A DNA stretch of 64,000 nucleotides from the NCBI GenBank assembly GCA_022821275.1, contig JAJEDY010000095.1, positions 2,700 through 66,699 on the forward strand, in the 5' to 3' direction. The position numbers and the translations under genes were made by a program. The notes beneath the pieces are model-generated. The model saw only the letters and a program-made list of their open reading frames with translations, was not told the DNA's origin and made no database searches. Of the stretch, positions 18,219 through 27,595 are shown one piece after another. The stretch is from Candidatus Latescibacterota bacterium (GTDB lineage: Bacteria > Latescibacterota > UBA2968). Each line of letters begins with the position of its first letter. Position 1 is the first letter of the stretch.

Positions 18219-20177
18219 TTACCATCCGTGTACAAAATGCCGGTTCAATGGAAACCAGATCGCATCTACTACTGTCGAAGCTCCTACCCCCACCAGATAT
18301 CCCACCACAATACCGTACCAAAATGGCAGCGATCGCCGGTAGAGGCTCACCCCGCCAAAGCGCAATGTCAATGACTTGGCCAGCCATACGATGAATATCC
18401 CAAACCCGTAGCGAAATCGGTTGTCTGGAAAAGCCAGGCCGAACGGGTGAATTGGCCAACCCGCGTACCGCATGCCCAAAAGCGTCAATAATCCCGCCTC
18501 GGCAATGCCCAAAAACCACACTATGGTTTTGTCCAGATCGAAATACGCCGGTTGTGTGCCTTCAATCAGCGACACTTGCCTGACCATGTGTCGCCAGTCG
18601 GGCATATAGGCGTAATTCAATCCGCCTTCCATATAACACACGTAGAGTTGTGCGGCACAGGCCACTGCAAATGCGCCCAGAAGGGCAACGGGCAACACGC
18701 CCACGATGGTCCATGAGCGCTGTAGCCCATTGCCCAGGAGCTTAAAAAAATGGGGAATTGCCGGCACAGATAGCATGCGGGCTGGCGCTCCGGCGAGCGC
18801 GTTTCGGCTTACCACTATCAAACCCGTCAAATCCCGGCTCGAAATATTTAATGTCCCGTAGAGTGCCTTCATAATCTGCCACCCCTTTTCTCCCTGGGGT
18901 GCGAGGAACACGTAGCCCGTGGCCGTCGCAAACTTGGTTACGCCGAAGTAGATGATGAACAGAAGCCCCATCTGCACCATTGCCGAAGGTAGGCTGATGC
19001 CCATTGAGAGCAAAAAACCCGTGAAAAAAATTGTGGCACTTAAAAATCCCAGCCAGGCCGTGCGATAGGATACGGGCACCCCGTCGTCTTGTGAGCGCAT
19101 ATCTCCAAAAGCCTTGTGCAGCGTCTCCTTCAAGTGATCTCGGGCCACCCATACCGACCAGATGACCAGAAAAACCAGTGCGCCGTGCGCCTCCAGCATC
19201 AAAATCTCTTCGGGCGCGGCTGTCTGGCCCTGCAACCCGATGGTAAAGCCCGTGCGGTTCATCACTGTCATCTTAAACGCATTGACGAGGAAAAAAAACC
19301 AGAAACTCATCAAAATATTCAGCGGGCACAAATAGGCCAGACCCATCATCAGTGGGTGAATGCGCAAATAGATGGTGGGTATATACTGTCCCGTATCTAC
19401 CGCTGTGGTCAGCCAGTGGTCGTAGATCGTGATGCGGGGCAATGTCAGAACAAAATAGCCGGTGATATTCCAGAAAATCACGCCGGCTGTACACGCAAAT
19501 CCGGCCCAGAAAACCCAGTCTTTGAACACATCGGGAACCCGGCTTCCCTCGGATTCTTCCAGGAGTGCCAGAGGTACGGTAGCGAGGGGAAAGGACAGGC
19601 GCTCGTGCATCAGCCACTGTTTGTAGAATAGTACGCTGGCAAAAAATCCGGCCAGTACCAGAGATAGACTTCCCACAAACCACCAGAACAGCGGAACGAC
19701 CCAGTGCGCCCAGGGAATCTCATCTCTGTGCCCCAATCCCACGTATAGCCGCTCTACCACTTCGCTTCCCCGGTCCATAAATAACCACCGGGGCAGGTAC
19801 TGCCCCGCCACTTCCCAGAATCGGTTTTCGGGTGAAGAAAAGGCCGCGGGTGCCGAAATATCCGTGATTAAATACCCTACCCACCCGATTGCGGGCACCG
19901 TAGAGACCATCCACACGATCCCAAAAATCGTGACCACTTCGCTGCGCGATAGGGCGAATCGGGGTGCTGTCAGTTTTAACGCGGTGTTGATTCCGATCCA
20001 CACCACGAGGGGCAGCAATGCGGTTACGGGCAAAAAACTCTTCATCAAATTTCGTCCGTAATAGGTCGCAAAAATACATACCCCTGCAATTGTGATCATC
20101 GCCAGAATAAAGGCTCTGAGCGTCACGCCCTGGGGTTCTGCAACCGGTGCCTCAATTGTGCGTTCGGAAATCGCCAC
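18219..20177 (-). CDS. Large polytopic membrane protein of unknown function (paralog of 13587-15569)
   Basis: See the paralog entry. GTG start at 20177 with AAAGGA 7-8 nt upstream. Confidence 0.7.
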   Translation of the reverse strand: MAISERTIEAPVAEPQGVTLRAFILAMITIAGVCIFATYYGRNLMKSFLPVTALLPLVVWIGINTALKLTAPRFALSRSEVVTIFGIVWMVSTVPAIGWVGYLITDISAPAAFSSPENRFWEVAGQYLPRWLFMDRGSEVVERLYVGLGHRDEIPWAHWVVPLFWWFVGSLSLVLAGFFASVLFYKQWLMHERLSFPLATVPLALLEESEGSRVPDVFKDWVFWAGFACTAGVIFWNITGYFVLTLPRITIYDHWLTTAVDTGQYIPTIYLRIHPLMMGLAYLCPLNILMSFWFFFLVNAFKMTVMNRTGFTIGLQGQTAAPEEILMLEAHGALVFLVIWSVWVARDHLKETLHKAFGDMRSQDDGVPVSYRTAWLGFLSATIFFTGFLLSMGISLPSAMVQMGLLFIIYFGVTKFATATGYVFLAPQGEKGWQIMKALYGTLNISSRDLTGLIVVSRNALAGAPARMLSVPAIPHFFKLLGNGLQRSWTIVGVLPVALLGAFAVACAAQLYVCYMEGGLNYAYMPDWRHMVRQVSLIEGTQPAYFDLDKTIVWFLGIAEAGLLTLLGMRYAGWPIHPFGLAFPDNRFRYGFGIFIVWLAKSLTLRFGGVSLYRRSLPFWYGIVVGYLVGVGASTVVDAIWFPLNRHFVHGW

Positions 20178-20190
20178 GGCAGGTCCTTTG

Positions 20191-20316
20191 GACGAATAGA
20201 CGAATAGACGAATAGACGAATAGACGAATAGACGAATAGACGAATAGACGAATAGACGAATAGACGAATAGACGAATAGACGAATAGACGAATAGACGAA
20301 TAGACGAATAGACGAA
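20191..20316. repeat. Perfect tandem octanucleotide repeat (GACGAATA)x15 plus partial unit
   Basis: Counted directly: 120 nt of exact 8-mers from 20191 to 20310, then GACGAA. It starts 14 nt upstream of the GTG start at 20177. Confidence 0.95.
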
Positions 20317-20380
20317 CTCTACCCCGCCACCTCAAATCGGTACGAACTCCATTCGTAGATTTGCTGATTCGTAGATTCAC

Positions 20381-20420
20381 AGAAAAGAGGCGGCGGCCCT
20401 ATCCTCGCTGGACCGCCGCC
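20381..20420 (-). terminator. Rho-independent terminator after the PorV-like gene
   Basis: The minus strand reads GGCGGCGG-tccagcgaggataggg-CCGCCGCC followed by TCTTTTCT. Confidence 0.6.
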
Positions 20421-20452
20421 AGAAATGCGTGGGCTTTATGCCAATGAGCGCA

Positions 20453-21442
20453 TCAGAATGTTCCACTAAGGGTCAACCGCAGCGGCGCGGAAAACGCGAC
20501 TTCATCCACGGCCGCATACGAGAAGTCAACCGCGAGACTTCGCCCTGCGATGCTCTGCTTGACTCCCGCACCGATAGACCAGCTATAGATATCTCTGTTA
20601 AATCCAAAGAGACCTTTGTCGAATTTGTAGCCCGCGCGCAGAGCCAGCATATTTTGCAACCACAGCTCTGTGCCTATTCTGAATTGCTCTTTCTCTACCT
20701 CCAGATTATAGGCATTTACCAGCGATAATGTCAATGAGACCGGATCGCCCAAATTGCCGATAACTTCCATGGCAGCGCCAAAATTGAATACCATTGGCAT
20801 CCGAAATGGGTCATCGGTCACGACGGCTTTGTCTGCGCCGAAGTTTTTCAGCGACATGCCGATGCGGCTGCTGGCAAAGCCCGTGGCAAACATGCTGGAT
20901 ACCCCGAAGTCGATGTGGGTAATCTGTTCTCTGTGCAGGTTCTGCTGCAAGTAGCGCACCTCCAGGCCAAACGACAGTTTATTGGTCAGGCGCTTGGCAA
21001 ATACCAGCCCCAGCGCCGTGCCATTGCCGTTGACCATCTCGCCCGTGCCCTGTGGCTCGAAGATCGTGGTCTCTTCAAATTGCTCAGGTGCAAATGAAAT
21101 GACGCTGACGCCCAATGTCCCGAATGGGATATTGTAAGACACGGCACCCGAATACAGCTTCGAGTTGACCAGCCAGCGCGTGTATGTAGCGGAAAAAGCC
21201 CCGCGCTCGACGGCGACCAGCCCCGCGGGATTCCAGAAAATTGCGTTGATATCGTTGGCGATCGGTATATAGGCTTCGCCCATCGCTGTGGCTCGCGCGC
21301 TTTGCCCCACCAGCAGGAATCCAAAGCCGGTAGAAGCTGTGCGCCGAAAACCGGACTTGACTTCTTCGGCCGATACAGGAGGGGCCGAAAGCCCAGCCAT
21401 AAGGGCCACAATCAGTCCGATTAAGAGGGTATTTCTTTTCAT
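20453..21442 (-). CDS. PorV/PorQ-like outer-membrane beta-barrel protein
   Basis: Signal peptide, then GQSARATAMGEAYIPIANDINAIFWNPAGL, alternating beta-strand pattern and a terminal aromatic residue (...TLSGTF). Confidence 0.65.
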   Translation of the reverse strand: MKRNTLLIGLIVALMAGLSAPPVSAEEVKSGFRRTASTGFGFLLVGQSARATAMGEAYIPIANDINAIFWNPAGLVAVERGAFSATYTRWLVNSKLYSGAVSYNIPFGTLGVSVISFAPEQFEETTIFEPQGTGEMVNGNGTALGLVFAKRLTNKLSFGLEVRYLQQNLHREQITHIDFGVSSMFATGFASSRIGMSLKNFGADKAVVTDDPFRMPMVFNFGAAMEVIGNLGDPVSLTLSLVNAYNLEVEKEQFRIGTELWLQNMLALRAGYKFDKGLFGFNRDIYSWSIGAGVKQSIAGRSLAVDFSYAAVDEVAFSAPLRLTLSGTF

Positions 21443-21460
21443 GTTCTGGCCTCCTCCTCA

Positions 21461-23779
21461 TTATCGAATAATCATTAATGTTCCGGTCTGTGTTTTGCCT
21501 TCACTGCCCGGAACTAAGGACTCTACCACCCAGAAATACACGCCGCTGCCGAGCCGCTCTGTTACGTTGCCCGAATGCATCGTGTTCTGGTTCCACACAG
21601 CCTCACCTTGCGATGCGTTGTTGTGGGTTTTGGTGACGATCAAGTTGCCCGATATAGAGTAGATGCTGATGCGGGCATGGCGAGGCAAACCCGTGAACCG
21701 CATATTTTTGGATGCCTTGTAGTGGCCGGCTTTGTCCGTTAGATGGAACGGATTGGGCACCACTTGAATCGGCACTTCCATGCGGTCGAATGCCGAACTG
21801 GAAATCACCACGGGGCGGACGCCGTTGTGATAGCTGATCTGGTTTTGCGAACTGTGTCCGCCTTCCAGGCCCATTCGCACATTGTCCTGTACATCGGGGG
21901 GCAGGTCGGCTAAAGTTTTGCCATTGGCACCTGTCCAGTGGTCGTGACCCTTGTCGAAAGCCCGCACTATGTACCAATAGGCAAAGCCAGGCAGGGACTC
22001 GGTATCCGTCCAGGAGAAGAAGTTGGTCGCGCCGTCATAGGTCACGCCATCGGGCAGGTTGACGGGTCCCGAGACGGGATCGGTTTTTACCTCAACGGCG
22101 AGTTCCCATGGACCGAAGAAAGCCTGACGCGACACATAGACGCGAAAACCTGCTATGTCCTGAGCCTCAGCGCCCGTGTAGTCGGGATCGCGCGCATCCA
22201 TCACATCGCCAGACCAGCTTATGGTAAAGTTGCCGTCGGCATTGCTGCGGATCTCGTAGTACACATCTGGCGGGTGATTGGGTACGTTGTAGTCCAGTTC
22301 GTAGGCATTTTGCGCCCTTTCCAGATGCTTGAAGAGCACTTCTTCACCCAGATCGATTTCGTCCTTTTTGCCTTCGAACATCCAGTACCAGTCATAGGGC
22401 TGGACCTGGCCTTTGTACTTGTCGTGACCAGACGCCTGAGCCGCAACATAAGCCGTCACCACCTTGGCTTTCTCGCCCGGTGCCAGGTCATAAGGTCCCC
22501 AGGCCTGGGTGTGGGCATAAGCGGATACTTCTGTGGGGTCGGCTGGCGTTGGGGCCGTGATCATGTCGTACATCTGCTCGTCTGAGTGCTGCGCTTCGTG
22601 CGGATCGTCGTAGTCCGACCGATTGCGCACCTGGTACCAATTGACCGAAGTGGGCTGTTCGGCTACCTTTGGCGCCACGTACTTAGACGCTGCATCCGGC
22701 TCGTGGGCAAATCCGTCGGTGGGATCAGCATCGATGGTGGCAAAGCCAATGTACACGGCCGATAGCAGCGTGCCTTCGGGACGGTCGATCTGCGGCGGAT
22801 AGCGCGGGTCTTCGCGCGATTTGACCAGTGGCTCTCCCCTGTCATCGTGTGGACTGAGGGGATAATCCCCGTCATAGCTATAGCTCATCCGCGCCTTTGC
22901 GATGGCCTCGGCAGATACGCCTGGCGGCCCCACATAGCCCGGCGACCCCGTGTATTTGTAGTGGTCGTCATAAGCTGCCGTATTGGTTCCGGCATACCAC
23001 AGGGGATACCCACCCGTGAAAATATGCCCGGGCTGGGCGGGCCGAAAGATGTTGTTCATCGCAAAGTACGTGTCGTTCAGGGGTTTGTCACCCACGTTCT
23101 CGAATGTCAACTCGTATATGATGAAGTCATCGTAATCCGGATGGCTCCACACGCGGCCTTTGCGCGTGCCCAGGATCGGGCCTGCTTGCCAATGGGCGAT
23201 TACGACCTGCTCGCCATAGCTGTCCTTGTCCGGGGTCGCGTATTCCCCATAGGTCCAGTTGTGGATATTCACGGGACGCGCACTCGGCGGCGCCACGCCA
23301 GCCCAGTAGTTGGGCTGTACAAAACTCGGCAAGCCGTGTGTTTCCAAAAGCGAGGGGTCGTCGCTGATGGGTTGGTTGTCATAGCCCTGATTCTGCTCTT
23401 CTCTTTGATCTGCGGGATAATCCACCTGATGAACCCCATCGCTGTTGTAGCGCGGACCTCCGCTGGAATACACCTCGTAGGTTCCCCCATCTTTCAGGAG
23501 AATCCAGACGCCCTGACCAGAGGACTGGTACCATTTGGTACTCCGCGACCCATACGAACCGCTCAACTGCAGCATGCCCGGATAGGCCAGGCCGATTCGC
23601 TCGTAGATCTTCTGGTAGTTGAAGATCATCCCAGAGCCGCCGTTTTCGACCACGCCATCCCACAGCTTACCCCGGTTGAGATATTCCATGCTCTGGGCCT
23701 GCACAATGCTCGGCGCGCACAGCATCAGCGCGAGCATTCCCACAAGGCCCCACAATATTGGACGTGCGTTGAATCGCAT
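21461..23779 (-). CDS. Secreted ~770-aa protein with FN3-like region and T9SS-type (FlgD-Ig-like) C-terminal domain
   Basis: Signal peptide ending VQAQ. The C-terminus is VVPNPFH...RISIYSISGNLIVTKT...SGVYFWVVES...GTLMIIR. It is a paralog of 32245-34314. Confidence 0.65.
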   Translation of the reverse strand: MRFNARPILWGLVGMLALMLCAPSIVQAQSMEYLNRGKLWDGVVENGGSGMIFNYQKIYERIGLAYPGMLQLSGSYGSRSTKWYQSSGQGVWILLKDGGTYEVYSSGGPRYNSDGVHQVDYPADQREEQNQGYDNQPISDDPSLLETHGLPSFVQPNYWAGVAPPSARPVNIHNWTYGEYATPDKDSYGEQVVIAHWQAGPILGTRKGRVWSHPDYDDFIIYELTFENVGDKPLNDTYFAMNNIFRPAQPGHIFTGGYPLWYAGTNTAAYDDHYKYTGSPGYVGPPGVSAEAIAKARMSYSYDGDYPLSPHDDRGEPLVKSREDPRYPPQIDRPEGTLLSAVYIGFATIDADPTDGFAHEPDAASKYVAPKVAEQPTSVNWYQVRNRSDYDDPHEAQHSDEQMYDMITAPTPADPTEVSAYAHTQAWGPYDLAPGEKAKVVTAYVAAQASGHDKYKGQVQPYDWYWMFEGKKDEIDLGEEVLFKHLERAQNAYELDYNVPNHPPDVYYEIRSNADGNFTISWSGDVMDARDPDYTGAEAQDIAGFRVYVSRQAFFGPWELAVEVKTDPVSGPVNLPDGVTYDGATNFFSWTDTESLPGFAYWYIVRAFDKGHDHWTGANGKTLADLPPDVQDNVRMGLEGGHSSQNQISYHNGVRPVVISSSAFDRMEVPIQVVPNPFHLTDKAGHYKASKNMRFTGLPRHARISIYSISGNLIVTKTHNNASQGEAVWNQNTMHSGNVTERLGSGVYFWVVESLVPGSEGKTQTGTLMIIR

Positions 23780-23818
23780 TGTCCTACCTCCTTTAATTGA
23801 GACAACAAATTGTCGCCG

Positions 23819-26791
23819 TTAGAATTTTACCCTCAAACCCAGCACCACATGCCGGGGGGCGCCCATATACCGGTTCAACACAAGTTCGTCTCCGTACTGC
23901 TCAAATTTCGCATTGCCCGGACGCGGTGTGGTCAAACCCCACTGCATCCAGTCGAACGGCGGTTGGTTGTTGTCGAACTGGTTGTTGTTGCGCAGGTCTT
24001 GGGTGTTGAACAAGTTGCTGATTTCCGTGTAAAAGATCGCCTCATAACGGTTGATGTAGAAGCTGCGTTCCAGACTCATGTCCGTGCGGGTCCGCAGCGG
24101 GGAATTTGCCCACACTGTAGGCCCGTCGGGAGGCGAATACTGGAACGGCGTACCCGTATCCAGGCGATAGATGATATTGGAGCGCCAGTTGCCCAGGGGT
24201 TTTATCTTCCCGAGCGTCGGGCCGAAGTCCGCAGGGGTGGATACCAGTACCTGGATGCTGCCGAAAGCGCGCTGGTCCGCGTTGATGCGCGGCCTGGATT
24301 CATTGCCGCCCGAAAGCGTCATGAAGAGCCACATCTTGCCCCCGTTGGGCGCTTCGTACATCAGATCGGGGAAGGATTTGCGGAAAGGCGCGAGGCTGAT
24401 TTCGCCAGCCTGCCAGGAGCGCAGGGTTCTGTTCGCCTGAGCGCCGAATTTCCTGATTTCGGATTCGGACATCGGCACGGGTGTCTCCATACCGGTATTC
24501 GGATCGTAGGTATGCTGCCGCCAGAACAGACCGCTGGCGATAAATAGCGAGTCCGGGAAGGCGGAAGCGCCGCGCCAGCCCGACTGGTCTTCGGTGGCCC
24601 ACTGCACGTTATATGCCACCTGGAAGGCGAAGTGGTGAGAGAATCGCTTTTTCAGGCTCACCTCAAACCCGCGACTATCCTCTGAATATCCGGCCATCCT
24701 GTGGGAAGGTCCCACGATGTTTTTTCCGTTCTTCAATGGATCGCGATAATTGGTCTGGCTACCCGCGCGCGACTGGTCAACCGCGCTTTTGTAATACGTG
24801 GTCAGGTTCAACACGTAGTCGCTCACGAAGTTCCAGTCCAATCCGACTTCAAAACTCGTGGTCTGCTCATAGGGCGCAAATGCCGAGTGCCCGTGGAGCA
24901 GGCCCTGTGTTTTCACATATCCACTGCCCCATTCGTAGTCCTGCACCACGCCATCTCCATTGCGGTCATCTGTGGTGCCGGAATCCCACTCTTCCTGATA
25001 CCAGTGGTCAAATCGCAACGGCTGGGTGAATTTGCCGTAGAAAAACCGAAGCGTTGACTTTTCGGTAATCGGGTGGGAGATGCCCAGGCGCGGGCTCCAT
25101 CGCATCATCGGCTCGGCCGGTTCGGTCGGCGCATTGCGGAAGCGCAACAAGCCCACGTACATCGGCGTGGTGCCCCACAGGTAGGGATGCGGTTCATCCC
25201 TGCGGAAGTCGAAGCGGTCCAGCCGAATACCGGCATTGAGCACAATGCCTTCAAACTCGATCCGGTCCTGCAGGTACAGGGCTATTTCCAGGGGTTGTAC
25301 CCCTTCGCCGATGTTGTGATCCTGGCCGATAAATCTTATGGTGCGGTTCGCTTCAGTGGCGTGCTGAATCCAGGTCCACCACACGTTGTAATACGTAATA
25401 TCTATACCCGTTTTGATGAGGTTGGAGCGCGTTATCTGGCTGGACAGGTCCGCCTTCAGATTCCACCGGATCCGCTCCGAATCCTCTGGGCGGAAAAAGG
25501 CGCGGTCCATATTGAAATAACCGCTTCTGGTCCACTTTGTGGTGGCTGTCGGGCCGTTCCTTGTCTCTATGCTGCTGTGTGAACGCGAAAGACGCATTTC
25601 GTAAAACGTGCGGGAAGTGATCGTGTGCGTGGCTGATAAATAAATCATGTCTTCCTGGTTCCACCGGTGGCCGGCTGTGGCAAAATCGTCGGGCAGGAAC
25701 AAATTGCGGAAGCTGCTTCCAACACCGCGGGAATCGCCGTTGTAGCCTTTGTGGCGCTCAAAAAGACCCCCCACGCGCACCTTCAAATTGGGGTTGACCT
25801 GCTGGATTAACTTCATGTGGTTCTGCGTATTCCACGGCACCCGCGCTGTTGGCCCGGGAAACCGCGGCACCCTGCCGTCCCACTTGGTGCTGGCAAAAAA
25901 TTGCAAACCGCCCACCAGGGGCCCCGACAAGCTCATATCTACTTCATGCCCTGAGGTGCTGGTGTAGTCCAGCCTTGTGGCGTTGTCCGGGAAATCCTGT
26001 TGGAGTACGGTCGGGTGCTCATAGATATTTGGTCCCCAGTGTTTTTTAGAAGGCGGCGTGTTGCGGTATTCCACCAGGCCCCTCAATGTGTTGCTTCCGT
26101 CTCGCGTTACGATCCGGATAATCCCGGCCTGTGCATTGCCGTATTCCGCCTCCATCCCACCGGTGATGACCTGCAACTCTTCAATGGCGTTGGTGTTTAC
26201 GCCCATAAACCGGTTAAATCCGCCGAGGTCGTTGTTCACCAGACGGACGCCGTCGATAATTACCGAGGCATCCGGCGCGTCTCCACCGCGGATGGTCCAG
26301 TTGCCATCTACGGATACACCGCCTTGCAACTCGGCAAAATCGGATGCACTGCGCACCATTGGCAATGCCTCGATTTCCTCGGAGGTCACCACGTATTTGG
26401 TCGATGTCTTGTCCGGCTCAACAAGGGGCCGCTCGGCCACAACTACGATTTCTGCCCCTTCAAGTACCATTTCCTCCAGGCGAAAATCCACCGTTGTGGT
26501 AAAATCCACAATCATCTTCACATCTTCTTGCACGATGGACTGATAGCCCACCAGAGATGCTTCTACGCGGTATGTGCCCGGATCCACGGATAAAATAAAA
26601 TATCTGCCTTCCGAATCTGTGCTCGCGCCCCGCCGCAGTTCTTTGATCACCACGTTGGCGCCGGGAAGTGGCTCACCTCTTTGATCTAATACCACGCCGG
26701 TGAGCTTGCCCGTTGTACCGCTCCAGGCATTTCCCGCACATAGACAGATCAGGAGTAGCAGAAAAGGACTCAATAAGGCAAGTCTTCTCAT
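23819..26791 (-). CDS. TonB-dependent receptor with N-terminal CarboxypepD_reg-like domain
   Basis: GKLTGVVLDQRGEPLPGANVVIKELRRGASTDSEGRYFILSVDPGTYRVEASLVGYQ, then a plug region (IEALPMVRSASDFAELQGGV...IRGG...VIIDGVRL), a long beta-barrel and a terminal ...LGLRVKF. Confidence 0.9.
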   Translation of the reverse strand: MRRLALLSPFLLLLICLCAGNAWSGTTGKLTGVVLDQRGEPLPGANVVIKELRRGASTDSEGRYFILSVDPGTYRVEASLVGYQSIVQEDVKMIVDFTTTVDFRLEEMVLEGAEIVVVAERPLVEPDKTSTKYVVTSEEIEALPMVRSASDFAELQGGVSVDGNWTIRGGDAPDASVIIDGVRLVNNDLGGFNRFMGVNTNAIEELQVITGGMEAEYGNAQAGIIRIVTRDGSNTLRGLVEYRNTPPSKKHWGPNIYEHPTVLQQDFPDNATRLDYTSTSGHEVDMSLSGPLVGGLQFFASTKWDGRVPRFPGPTARVPWNTQNHMKLIQQVNPNLKVRVGGLFERHKGYNGDSRGVGSSFRNLFLPDDFATAGHRWNQEDMIYLSATHTITSRTFYEMRLSRSHSSIETRNGPTATTKWTRSGYFNMDRAFFRPEDSERIRWNLKADLSSQITRSNLIKTGIDITYYNVWWTWIQHATEANRTIRFIGQDHNIGEGVQPLEIALYLQDRIEFEGIVLNAGIRLDRFDFRRDEPHPYLWGTTPMYVGLLRFRNAPTEPAEPMMRWSPRLGISHPITEKSTLRFFYGKFTQPLRFDHWYQEEWDSGTTDDRNGDGVVQDYEWGSGYVKTQGLLHGHSAFAPYEQTTSFEVGLDWNFVSDYVLNLTTYYKSAVDQSRAGSQTNYRDPLKNGKNIVGPSHRMAGYSEDSRGFEVSLKKRFSHHFAFQVAYNVQWATEDQSGWRGASAFPDSLFIASGLFWRQHTYDPNTGMETPVPMSESEIRKFGAQANRTLRSWQAGEISLAPFRKSFPDLMYEAPNGGKMWLFMTLSGGNESRPRINADQRAFGSIQVLVSTPADFGPTLGKIKPLGNWRSNIIYRLDTGTPFQYSPPDGPTVWANSPLRTRTDMSLERSFYINRYEAIFYTEISNLFNTQDLRNNNQFDNNQPPFDWMQWGLTTPRPGNAKFEQYGDELVLNRYMGAPRHVVLGLRVKF

Positions 26792-26803
26792 TGCAACCTC
26801 CTC

Positions 26804-27499
26804 TTAAAAATAGTATTTCAGACCTACGCCCAGATCCAGCATTTGAAAGAACGAGGTCTGAGCAATTCCCCAGGCCAGATGCGGCCTCAGGTAACCGAAA
26901 ATGACGTTATAGCGCGTCCGTACGTCCAGGGCGAGTTGTGTGCCGACGGGCAAAGTTCCGCCCAGGCCCACATTGACGCCCAGTGCCGTGCGGACATCGG
27001 ATTGTTCGGGCAGGTGCAGCGACTGGTTTAGCGGCTCCACGGCTTGACCGGGAAAGATCAGGTTCTGCACTTTCGTGCGGTAAGCGTAAAGCCCGGTCCC
27101 TATCGCGAAATAGGACGAAAAGCCCGTATTGCGGTTGCGGTCCTGAAAGTGGATGAGGGTGTTTAGCAAAAAGCTGTTAATCCGCATCTCGTGTACCGCA
27201 TTTGGGCTTACGTAATCCCGTTTATCCACCGCCCAGGTAAATGGCGTCGTTTCCAGGGATCCATCGCCGAACAGGGAATAGTGATATTCCATTTCTACCG
27301 AGATCCTGGGATTGGCTGTGTAGGTCAGCGTTATCCCGCCTTTGGGCACGCCGCTCCAGCGGTCGGCCAGTCCCAGTGTCGGTCTGGCATAATCGACAAA
27401 GGCCCCCATACCCCACTGCCCTGTTTCCTGAGCGTCTGCTGTCTGCCACAATCCCAGGCAGCATCCCACACAGGTTATGATAACTGCCATTTTTTTCAT
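26804..27499 (-). CDS. Small outer-membrane beta-barrel protein
   Basis: Signal peptide ...WQTADAQ, alternating hydrophobic pattern and a C-terminal GVGLKYYF. Confidence 0.55.
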   Translation of the reverse strand: MKKMAVIITCVGCCLGLWQTADAQETGQWGMGAFVDYARPTLGLADRWSGVPKGGITLTYTANPRISVEMEYHYSLFGDGSLETTPFTWAVDKRDYVSPNAVHEMRINSFLLNTLIHFQDRNRNTGFSSYFAIGTGLYAYRTKVQNLIFPGQAVEPLNQSLHLPEQSDVRTALGVNVGLGGTLPVGTQLALDVRTRYNVIFGYLRPHLAWGIAQTSFFQMLDLGVGLKYYF

Positions 27500-27595
27500 T
27501 CGGAACCTCCTTTCAGTCTCAGAGACTGTTTTAACTGCTGATGCTTCTGAAACGCGACGTTCTCTCTCTGTTCCGGTTCCTCACCTCCTTTCAAA

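Noticed and set aside
20191-20316. Possible CRISPR array
   Set aside because: The units are 8 nt and contiguous with no spacers, and there are no cas genes. It is a simple tandem repeat.
20123-20380. 85-aa ORF encoding (RLFVYSSI)n
   Set aside because: It is a translation artefact of the 8-nt tandem repeat, which gives a 24-nt period. No start context supports it, and it overlaps the upstream region of the 18219-20177 gene.
22847-24547. 317-aa and 245-aa plus-strand ORFs
   Set aside because: They are antisense to the CTD-protein and TonB-dependent receptor genes. They are Arg/Val/His-rich with no recognisable domains.
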